From an uncultured bacterium (GTDB taxonomy: Bacteria > SAR324 > NAC60-12), in the NCBI GenBank assembly GCA_964010765.1, contig CAXGMD010000058.1:1-22478 (forward strand): a DNA stretch of 22,478 nucleotides, read 5' to 3'. The notes below the pieces were generated by a model. It was not told where the DNA came from, did no database searches, and worked only from the letters and a program-made list of their open reading frames with translations. Numbering within the stretch: position 1 is the first letter of the stretch; each line of letters opens with the position of its first letter. The position numbers and the translations under genes are program-made. This document shows, piece by piece, positions 1 through 7,490 of the stretch.

Positions 1-56
1 AAAAGTATACATTGAGAACGGGTTATTAATGCTTTCATAAGAGTAGTGCTTTTTGA

Positions 57-809
57 TTATGAAGCCCTTAGATGCAAAGTAGCTTGTCGCACTTTTTTAT
101 TTGTTCGCAAGCGATGCTTATCTCCTTCTGAGAGGTTACGGTTTTTATCTGTCAAAACGATATGATTGGCAGACATCCTTCTGTGAAAATCCTTAAATTT
201 TGGTATTAAATCGGGATCTGTAAATGTAGCTGCCGATTGACAGTCACGTGATTTTGAGAGTGGAAATGTTTCCCAAGTTAACTGATGACTATCAATGCAC
301 GCCTTTGCAATCACCTCAGACGTCATTGGAGCTTGATGGTCAGCATGGGTCTCCCAATATGAGATCCACTTGCCAGTAGCAGGACACTGAATTTTCTCTT
401 CCTCGTTCTTCAAATCATCAAACAATACTCTTCTTGCTTCTGTGATTTCTTCCCTTACACAATCACGCATTGCCCCCATAACCAGGATCTTCATTGAGGG
501 AGGTTCACCCTTAATGCAATTGCGATAACTGAAATCTGTTTGACTACCATCGGTGCGTTGAATCCAAAAGCAGCGCTGTGAAAGATCCCCATGATCATCT
601 GGAGGGGCATCTTTAAAGAAAAAATCAATGCCAACACCAATTTTCTGGTCTCGCCCAGGGTGTCTCTCAATCAATGCACGCAAAAATTTCGCATCCTCAT
701 CTTTGACACGCTGCCCCCTGCGATAACTATGGAGCATGGGCATAAAGAACGCTATCGCAGCTTTTTGTGTGTCAAAATATTTTATTCCGAGATCAACTGG
801 TTTAGCCAT
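57..809 (-). CDS. DUF3223/DCL-family protein with putative C-terminal HNH (His-Me finger) nuclease motif
   Basis: N-terminal LIERHP..QKIGVGIDFF...CFWIQRTDGSQTDFSYRNCI matches the DCL/DUF3223 signature. C-terminal CPATG...HADHQAP...NHIVLTDKNRNLSEGDK resembles an HNH core. ATG start with GGAG upstream on the minus strand. Confidence 0.8.
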   Translation of the reverse strand: MAKPVDLGIKYFDTQKAAIAFFMPMLHSYRRGQRVKDEDAKFLRALIERHPGRDQKIGVGIDFFFKDAPPDDHGDLSQRCFWIQRTDGSQTDFSYRNCIKGEPPSMKILVMGAMRDCVREEITEARRVLFDDLKNEEEKIQCPATGKWISYWETHADHQAPMTSEVIAKACIDSHQLTWETFPLSKSRDCQSAATFTDPDLIPKFKDFHRRMSANHIVLTDKNRNLSEGDKHRLRTNKKVRQATLHLRAS

Positions 810-868
810 TGGTATCTACTCTCCTATCTTAATTGAACATTCTTGAGAAAAGCCTTGGTTGCACTTCA

Positions 869-898
869 TCAGCAAGCCCTAATTTTGGGCTTTGCTGA
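869..898. other. Stem-loop in divergent intergenic region (possible terminator or regulatory hairpin)
   Basis: TCAGCAAGCCC (869-879) pairs with GGGCTTTGCTGA (887-898) with one bulged T and a 7-nt loop. Confidence 0.45.
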
Positions 899-970
899 GT
901 TTTGAAATTTATAAAGGAAGTAAGTAAAGAGTACACAGGTTATAGAAAGAAAAATCACACCTCCATTTGC

Positions 971-990
971 CTCCCCCAGTTCTCCCCCAG
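971..990. repeat. Tandem direct repeat CTCCCCCAG x2 (11-bp period)
   Basis: CTCCCCCAG-TT-CTCCCCCAG at 971-979 and 982-990, in AT-rich surroundings. Confidence 0.6.
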
Positions 991-1051
991 AAGCTATACG
1001 TCTTGTGCTAATTTACTATTACCTATTTTGATAAAATCAGGTTGTGTCAAT

Positions 1052-1075
1052 ACATCTAAATGTAGATGTTTTTTT
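1052..1075 (+). promoter_or_regulatory. Palindrome ACATCTA-N4-TAGATGT followed by a T-run (operator or weak terminator)
   Basis: Perfect 7-bp inverted repeat at 1052-1058/1063-1069 followed by Ts, just upstream of the ATG at 1088. Confidence 0.35.
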
Positions 1076-1166
1076 ACATAGGGTAGGATGATGGAAATAT
1101 TATAGTCTCTAAACCTAAATCTGATCTGTATTCATCTCATTTCACCAATCCATCCTTGAGCAAGGT

Positions 1167-1574
1167 ATGCAACTATCTCTAGAAGCCCGACAATGCATTC
1201 ATGAACGCTATGAGCGGCAGTCGGTCTCTCAGCAACAACTAGCGGAGGATTTTCAGGTCTCCCTCAGCACGGTGAAACGGATTCTCAAGCGCTCCAAAGA
1301 CGATCTCGGCCGTCGTGCTGGCAGTGGCAACCCTGGGAAGATTCATGAGCGCGAACGCCAGTGCATCGCCGAATATGCCCAACAATACCCCGATGCTTTT
1401 CTGCGCGAATATGCCGACGAAATCGAGAGGATCTGCGGGGTGCGCGTCACAGAGCAAGCGGTCAGTGTGCACCTCAGAAAACTCAAATGGACGCTCAAAA
1501 AAACAGACCCATCTCTCCGGAATCCCTCTCGGAGCGCTGGCAGCAACAGTGGCAGCACTTTATCGCGGAGTTGA
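1167..1574 (+). CDS. IS630 transposase OrfA (HTH DNA-binding part)
   Basis: HTH SQQQLAEDFQVSLSTVKRIL, second HTH YPDAFLREYA, and WTLKK at the A7 run (1497-1503). Confidence 0.88.
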   Translation: MQLSLEARQCIHERYERQSVSQQQLAEDFQVSLSTVKRILKRSKDDLGRRAGSGNPGKIHERERQCIAEYAQQYPDAFLREYADEIERICGVRVTEQAVSVHLRKLKWTLKKTDPSLRNPSRSAGSNSGSTLSRS

Positions 1575-2119
1575 CCCAATTGCTGCAGGAACCCAAGGTA
1601 GAGTTCCTCTGGGGTGACGAAACGGCTCTCTACGATGACTGGATTCGCCACAGGGCACGAGCTCCCGTGGGACAACCGGTGGAGAACTTCAACCATCAGC
1701 GAACTCAACCCAGGAAACAAACTCTCATCGCGGCGATGAGTGCTGAAAAGGTCTTTGCTCCCTGGTGTTTTGAAGGCTCGCTGGAGAGCGACAGGATGCT
1801 GCAGTGGTTGCAACAATTGCGGCCGCAGTTGCACGAAAATCACGTGCTGATCCTCGACAATGCTCGGCCACATCATGCCCGCAAAGTGCGAGAGTACTTG
1901 GCCGAGCATCCGATCCGGATTTTGTTTTTGCCACCGTATTCACCTCAGATGAATCCGATCGAAAAGCTGTGGGCGGCGATCAAGCAACAGTAGCGACAAC
2001 GACGGGTTCGTGGTTTTCCTCAACTGCGAGCCACGCTACAAGCCGACCTACAGCAGATCGTGGAGAAGAGCGGAAAAGCGATTGTGGCCAGTTGTGGCTA
2101 TAGCTTAGTTTTAAATTGA
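1497..2119 (+). pseudogene. IS630 transposase OrfB (DDE catalytic domain, -1 frame) with premature TAG at 1991-1993
   Basis: WGDETA, ILDNARPH, FLPPYSPQMNPIEKLW. After the TAG the frame stays open for 41 codons, ending ...VASCGYSLVLN-TGA (2117-2119) inside the right IR. Confidence 0.85.
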
Positions 2120-2971
2120 GAGACTATATTATCCGAAATAAAGGAAAACATAGCGATTCTACTTAGAGACAACTTTAGTGGAAGAGAGTTAGTGGATTTT
2201 TGCAGTGAAAAAAACTACTTAATCTTAAGATAAAAGAATATAAAGAAGATGTCGACTGGGCCTCAGATGGTGGTAGAGGTAAAAGATCATGTTTTTTCGG
2301 TAAATTAAGTAAATTAAATGAAGATGAAAAGGAGAAAGATCTGATTATATTTTGCGAAGAAATACTAAATAGATTTGGTGATCAAATTGATGCAGATGGA
2401 CCACCAAATCAAATTGAACACATAAGCAGATTAAAGCAATTTCTAAATCAAAAAAGGCAAGAGATTGATTTAAAATTCTTAATTTTCGCTGCGAAAGATC
2501 CTAAACCAGCTATTGTTTTTAAGAATTTTTTATCTCTTGAAGGTTTAGAGATTGTGGAAAGAGGCGGGGATCACCTACTCTTTAAAGAAAAAATTGGGGA
2601 AAATGGTTTAATGTGTAGAGATCTTCAGGAATGGTGGGTCACAACTCAATCTGCCTACACCCAACGGCCAATTCCAGATGAAATATGGCGAAAACAATGG
2701 GAAGCATTGAAAGAACGACTCATATCTAGCGTCGGTTCTAATTGTGAAAAGATCTTAATGGAAACTTATTTTTCGGTGTTACATGATTACAATTACGAAT
2801 TACCCGCACTTATTCCTCAAGCATACTATCAATGGCTCACTACTTCCCTAAAAGAGCTAAACAGTGAGTATTCTTTAGTAGCTCAGAAAATGGATTTTTT
2901 AATAATTATTAAAAATAGACTTGTAAACATTGAGGTTGATGGACCACACCATTATGCCGATGGTGATTATT

Positions 2972-3142
2972 ATACCCATGGAAAAGACTGAAGCTATCGT
3001 TTTAGAAATAGGAAAAGAACTTGGAATAAAAATCATTGGTTCTTATAAACCTGAAATATTTGGATGTAAAGAAGAAGAATTCTTTGACTTTCATCACCCC
3101 AAAGCTGTGTGTCTAGCTCGACTTGGGGAGAGAAATTTCTAA
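2972..3142 (+). pseudogene. 3' remnant of a probable SGNH/GDSL-like (DxxHP) protein
   Basis: Frame reads IPMEKTEAIVLEIGKELGIKIIGSYKPEIFGCKEEEFFDFHHPKAVCLARL. DFHHP resembles SGNH block V. No N-terminal portion is present; the left boundary is approximate. Confidence 0.4.
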
Positions 3143-3276
3143 AAGACATTTTAGAATGAGATGATTTAATTCAACAAGCTGCTGCTGCAGGAACTGATGC
3201 TTCTATTTCACTTTATTGATCTGGCATGTATTCACGTTAAAAAAACTTGCTCTCATCATTATCTCAATCACTGATA

Positions 3277-4326
3277 TTACTTTAAATTAGTCACTAATTT
3301 AAATGCGTGGAAATTATCGAACTGTACGAGAAAGTCCGCTTGCTGCTGGATTTGATTGACTTCCAGATATTCACCATAGAGTCTTCCTTCCCCCTTGAGA
3401 TAAGTCTTCACGAAATCTGGATTGAAATCGCTGCGCTCATCCAGTTCGAATAATCGCGCCGCTGCCGCCTTGGGAGTGAGATCCAGTACGATCTTTATGT
3501 CCAGTAGTTCCTGTATTCCAGGTACAAAGATCGTCGTTCCCCAGAGCAATACCACCATCTCTGGAGCCCAAAACAGTGGGTACGATGATGTTTCACAGCC
3601 TTGCAGAAAATCGGGTTCATCAATCACAGTCACAGTCTCCCCAGCGGCATAAGGACGCAGCAGTGTATCAAGAATCCATTCTCGTTCCCGGGGCGCTCGC
3701 CAATAATCGGCTGCCGTTGAATTCTTGTGCTCAGGGCTCAGCAACTCCAGCAAATCAAAACCGCCAACCAATATCCCCTGTTCTTCCAGAGCTTCCAGCA
3801 ATTCTCCCACAAAATATGCATGTCCACAGTCATCTGGGCCACCAATGCCAACCAGTAGTGGCTTGCTAGGGGCCTCCTGTTTGCTTTTCAGCAGTTGTTC
3901 CGCTATCTCTAGAGTCGTGTTGCGGCTGGGATGAAAAATTTGCAGCAGGTCTTCAATACGGGGACAACAGAACCCATTGGGAACAAGGACCGGTTGCCGA
4001 CTAGCGAAATGGGCAGACTGATCCTGTAACCAAGCGTGAAGATTGGCGCGATCCGTGACCCAGAAATGATCGGCTTGGCCCAATTGAGGATTGCGACGAC
4101 CACTGCTTTCGGGAGATCCAGAAACAATGGAAATTCCCAAGAATTGCTGCCAGTCGTTGGGAGAGATTTCTTCTCCCAGTAACACCAAGTGAAAATCACG
4201 TTCCTGCAGTACCCGTAGGAGTTCACGAAAATTTTCCCACTGTTCCTGACTGAATTCACCTGTCAGACTATCAAGATCAAAGACCAATGTCTGAACTCGT
4301 GCCGGATGGAAGTCGGCCGTTTTCAT
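3277..4326 (-). CDS. Hypothetical fusion: HAD-like N-terminal domain + uridine-kinase-like P-loop domain (degenerate)
   Basis: TLVFDLDSLT resembles HAD motif I. LLVGIGGPDDCGHAYF sits at the Walker A position but lacks GKS/T. LLDIKIVLD and QQADFLVQ are typical of uridine-kinase-like tails. Confidence 0.6.
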   Translation of the reverse strand: MKTADFHPARVQTLVFDLDSLTGEFSQEQWENFRELLRVLQERDFHLVLLGEEISPNDWQQFLGISIVSGSPESSGRRNPQLGQADHFWVTDRANLHAWLQDQSAHFASRQPVLVPNGFCCPRIEDLLQIFHPSRNTTLEIAEQLLKSKQEAPSKPLLVGIGGPDDCGHAYFVGELLEALEEQGILVGGFDLLELLSPEHKNSTAADYWRAPREREWILDTLLRPYAAGETVTVIDEPDFLQGCETSSYPLFWAPEMVVLLWGTTIFVPGIQELLDIKIVLDLTPKAAAARLFELDERSDFNPDFVKTYLKGEGRLYGEYLEVNQIQQQADFLVQFDNFHAFKLVTNLK

Positions 4327-4357
4327 TTACTCATTCCTGTTATTTCAAGTTACGTCT

Positions 4358-5755
4358 GTGCTGAAAACTCACAATCAGGTCCTACTTGGGGCCCTGCGAG
4401 GACTGGATGTCGTGCTGGCTTTTCTGGCCTGGGAGTTTGCCTACCGAGCTCGTTTTTTCTGGCTGAACTGGCCCATTGCTAACTACATTCCGGATCATGT
4501 CGAATACCTCAAGGCTGCTTTTGCTGCGGCCCTGTTGACGGCACTCACCTTTTCTCTTGCTAACGTCTATCGCACCCAGTCCTTCATTCGTCCCCGCCAG
4601 GATTTCCTCTACCTGCTTCGTGGAGGGTTATATTTGTTCCTCACTTTGATCGGAGTTGCCTTCTACTACCGGGAATTCTCTTACTCTCGCGTACATACGC
4701 TCTATTTTCTGGTATTCCTGCTCATCCTGCTGGTGCTCTCTCGTTACCTGGCTCGCAAGGGCATGAAGTGGCTGCATCGGCATGGCTACCACCTCCGCAA
4801 AATTGCTGTGATTGGCTCCGGTGAGACCGCCCTGAACTTTGCCCAACGACTGGCTGGTTATCAACGAACTGGAATCCTCCTGAAGGGAGTACTCAGTCTG
4901 CAATCTGGAACAAGCTTACCCACCAGCCTGCCGCAGTTCAATGACCTAGAAGAACTGGTGCACCGTATTCAGCGACAGGAGATTGATCAAGTCTTTCTCG
5001 CTCTCTCGCCCACGGAGCAAACGCACCTCCCTCAATTGAAAGAACAGTTTGCTGAACTCTGGGTGGATCTGCACATCGTCCCCAATCTTGGTAGCTTTCG
5101 CACATTGCACACCGAGACAGAAAATTTTGAGGGGATGCCGGTCGTAACCATTGTACGCAGTCCTCTATTCGGTTGGAACCGACTGCTCAAGCGTGGACTG
5201 GATATGGTAGGAGCTGCTGCTGCACTGCTGATTTTTGGGCCAATAATGTTGCTGATTGCTGGGCTAGTCCGTCTGAGTTCGCCCGGCCCCATCTTCTATC
5301 GTCAGGAACGAATGGGCCTGGATGGCCGAACCTTCAATGCCTTGAAATTCCGTTCGATGCGCTTGGATGCCGAGCAACGTACCGGAGCCGTCTGGGCCAG
5401 TAAGGATGACGATCGTTGCACTCCCATCGGAAGATTCATCCGCAAAGTTAGTCTTGATGAACTACCCCAGCTCTTCAATGTACTGCGAGGCGAGATGAGC
5501 CTGGTTGGTCCCCGTCCAGAGAGGCCGGTCTTTATTGAGCAGTTTAAAAAACAGATCCCAGACTACATGCTGCGGCACAAGGTCAAGGCTGGCATTACCG
5601 GTTGGGCGCAGATCAATGGCTGGCGTGGCAACACTTCACTGGAAAAACGCATCGAATTCGATCTCTATTACATCGAGCGATGGTCACTCTGGTTTGACAT
5701 CAAGATTCTCTTCCTCACCATCTTCAGGGGCTTTGTTGATCCGAACGCCTATTGA
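4358..5755 (+). CDS. wcaJ: Undecaprenyl-phosphate glucose phosphotransferase (WcaJ-type priming glycosyltransferase)
   Basis: N-terminal TM helices, a CoA-binding-like middle domain, and C-terminal KFRSM, SLDELPQLFNVLRGEMSLVGPRPE, KAGITGWAQING, DLYYIERWSLWFDIKIL. Confidence 0.9.
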   Translation: MLKTHNQVLLGALRGLDVVLAFLAWEFAYRARFFWLNWPIANYIPDHVEYLKAAFAAALLTALTFSLANVYRTQSFIRPRQDFLYLLRGGLYLFLTLIGVAFYYREFSYSRVHTLYFLVFLLILLVLSRYLARKGMKWLHRHGYHLRKIAVIGSGETALNFAQRLAGYQRTGILLKGVLSLQSGTSLPTSLPQFNDLEELVHRIQRQEIDQVFLALSPTEQTHLPQLKEQFAELWVDLHIVPNLGSFRTLHTETENFEGMPVVTIVRSPLFGWNRLLKRGLDMVGAAAALLIFGPIMLLIAGLVRLSSPGPIFYRQERMGLDGRTFNALKFRSMRLDAEQRTGAVWASKDDDRCTPIGRFIRKVSLDELPQLFNVLRGEMSLVGPRPERPVFIEQFKKQIPDYMLRHKVKAGITGWAQINGWRGNTSLEKRIEFDLYYIERWSLWFDIKILFLTIFRGFVDPNAY

Positions 5756-6167
5756 GCGAGCAGGATTCACCCTGATTGAACTGCTGCTGGCGTTAGCGTT
5801 GCTGGGCATCCTTCTTGGTCTTGGCATCGTTTCCCTTTCCCCGCTTGTTGCCCAATCCCACCTTGATACCGCTACCAGTTATCTGCAGAGCGCTCTTGAA
5901 GAAGCAAAAATTCGGGCTCTGCGGAACCTGCGTTCCTACCGAGTACAACTGGAGCAGCAGGAAGTCTGGTTGGAGAGCAAACAATCCTCTCGATGGCAAG
6001 CAGAGCAACTTTGGGAAGTACTACCAGAAGGCGTATCGGTTACGGCCACTCGCTGGCCGTCTTTCAGTGCTAGTGGCTTTGCGGTCGGAGGGACCTTGAC
6101 CCTACAGTTGGAGGATTGGACACGCCAAGTACGAGTCAGTCCGGTTGGTCGAATCTATCAGCCCTGA
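5736..6167 (+). CDS. Type IV pilin-like / pseudopilin, GspH/FimT family
   Basis: Prepilin cleavage/methylation motif RAG|FTLIELLLALALLGILLGLG and C-terminal VSPVGRI. Likely TTG start at 5733 or 5736, overlapping the wcaJ end. Confidence 0.8.
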   Translation: MIRTPIERAGFTLIELLLALALLGILLGLGIVSLSPLVAQSHLDTATSYLQSALEEAKIRALRNLRSYRVQLEQQEVWLESKQSSRWQAEQLWEVLPEGVSVTATRWPSFSASGFAVGGTLTLQLEDWTRQVRVSPVGRIYQP

Positions 6168-6200
6168 ACTACTTCCTGACAGAGAAAGAGGGCTTGTTGC

Positions 6201-7445
6201 CTACTGCTGAGTTGCAGCCCACCAGGATTGCAACACTTTGGTGAGCTTATCGACAGTTGGCAGCTCTCGGAAGGAAAAACCAAAGGTCTTGAAGTAACTG
6301 GAAGTCTCCAAGGCAACACCGAGCTCCGGATTCTTCGAGAGGCTATTGCTGACGCCTAACAACAAGGGAACGCCTTGAACCTCCTCCAATTGCTGCAGTC
6401 GCTGTCTAAGCGGGCCTGCGTGCCAACCATGAAAGAGTTCAAGAGCAACCGAAGCTCCTGTCTGATGCTGCAGGACAAAATCTGGAAAGCAGTAGCGATC
6501 CCCTGGCAACGGCACAAAGCTGCCGGCAAGCTCCAACTGCCACTCTGGTTGACGCTCCTTTAAGCGGTCACTAATCTGTTGAAATTCTGGAGGTACATAA
6601 TCGTGGAATTGTTGGTAGTGCGAACGGATTCCACAACTCGGATCCAGCTGCAACTGAAGCGGTGGTTTCTGTCGGAAGCAGACCGTAGCTCGCAACTGCC
6701 AATTCTTCTGTTGCAGGATTGCGGGGAAGAAATTGGCTAATTGCAGTCCGTACTTCTGAGTTTTGTAGAACAGGCTCAGTGGACCATCAATCCGAAGCTG
6801 AAAGATGCCCTGTTCATCCGTTGTGATCTGGGCCAGCAATTGGTGAAAGCGCAGGTACTTGCAGAGCTGGCGCAACGGTCCAGGGTCTGGGTGTTCCAAC
6901 CGCAGTTCCAGAGCCTCTGAATTCAGCAGGAGCCCTTGTACCTGTCCACAGTTGTAGCGATGGAGTAGAGTCTCTGCTCCAATGGGCGAGAATTGCAATA
7001 AGCGCTGCTGAACCGGTAGGTCTGCGTAAAGGGCTTCCTGAATCTGTGCAACTGGCTGACTTTGCAGAATCTCAACACGTTTCCAAAACTCTTTGAGATT
7101 GGGATTCAAGGCTTTGGCTTCTTCACGCAAAGCTTGACGCGCCTGAATGAAGATCGACTCTCGGAAACGTTGCTGTTCTGCTGGGTCTCCAGTGTCAAAT
7201 TCGGATCGATCCAGCAGCAGCTTTTCTAATCCGCGTCCAATTGGATTATCGAGTTGCTGGCTTTGTAATTGGAGTGAGGTTTCTTCGGTGAGTTCTTGAC
7301 GCGTCGAGCCGGCTGCGGAAGCCTGCCGAAAAACTTCTACGAGGGCTTCCGCGGCTCTCTGTAAAGAAGCATCATCTGGATCCAAAAATTGAGGATAGAT
7401 TTTTCCCTTACGACTACGGAATCGCAGCAAATCTCGCGTTAGCAA
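6201..7445 (-). CDS. DUF790 family protein (Bax1-like predicted nuclease)
   Basis: MLTRDLLR start, LYADLP, LLHRYNCGQVQGLL, IDGPLSLFYKTQKYG, and C-terminal FPDF...LELFHGW PD-(D/E)xK-like motif. Confidence 0.85.
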   Translation of the reverse strand: MLTRDLLRFRSRKGKIYPQFLDPDDASLQRAAEALVEVFRQASAAGSTRQELTEETSLQLQSQQLDNPIGRGLEKLLLDRSEFDTGDPAEQQRFRESIFIQARQALREEAKALNPNLKEFWKRVEILQSQPVAQIQEALYADLPVQQRLLQFSPIGAETLLHRYNCGQVQGLLLNSEALELRLEHPDPGPLRQLCKYLRFHQLLAQITTDEQGIFQLRIDGPLSLFYKTQKYGLQLANFFPAILQQKNWQLRATVCFRQKPPLQLQLDPSCGIRSHYQQFHDYVPPEFQQISDRLKERQPEWQLELAGSFVPLPGDRYCFPDFVLQHQTGASVALELFHGWHAGPLRQRLQQLEEVQGVPLLLGVSNSLSKNPELGVALETSSYFKTFGFSFRELPTVDKLTKVLQSWWAATQQ

Positions 7446-7490
7446 AAGAATCTCAGCAGCATCATTGACCCAGAGATTACAGACATCTCA

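Larger units (their letters stand above)
1103..2126 (+). mobile_element. IS630-family insertion sequence (1024 bp)
   Basis: TA target duplication at 1101-1102 and 2127-2128. Imperfect terminal IRs TAGTCTCTAAACCTAAATCTGATCT (left) and TAGTCTCTCAATTTAAAACTAAGCT (right, reverse complement). GC-rich relative to the flanks; encodes an HTH + DDE transposase. Confidence 0.93.
1088..2991 (+). pseudogene. AbiJ-like / Vsr-DUF559-type PD-(D/E)xK nuclease gene interrupted by IS630, frameshifted and 3'-truncated
   Basis: Removing the IS and one TA gives ATG ATG GAA ATA TTA|TTA TCC GAA... (MMEILLSEIKENIAILLRDNFSGRELVDFCSEK). A -1 shift at A7 (2208-2214) enters a frame open from 2209 to 2991 containing LIFAAKDPKPAIV, GLMCRDLQEWW, LPALIPQAY, QKMDFLII and NIEVDGPHHYA, motifs I recall from AbiJ_NTD3-associated nuclease proteins. 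Confidence 0.7.

Noticed and set aside
1..38. Possible minus-strand gene start (MKALITRSQCIL) downstream of the DCL-HNH gene
   Set aside because: Only 12 codons are visible and there is no clear RBS; it cannot be supported from this window.
869..905. Integron attC site suggested by the bulged hairpin
   Set aside because: No RYYYAAC/GTTRRRY boxes flank the stem, it is too short, and no integrase or cassette array is visible.
5505..5735. Long N-terminal extension of the pilin ORF in the ORF track
   Set aside because: It lies inside wcaJ; the prepilin motif implies a start at 5733 or 5736.
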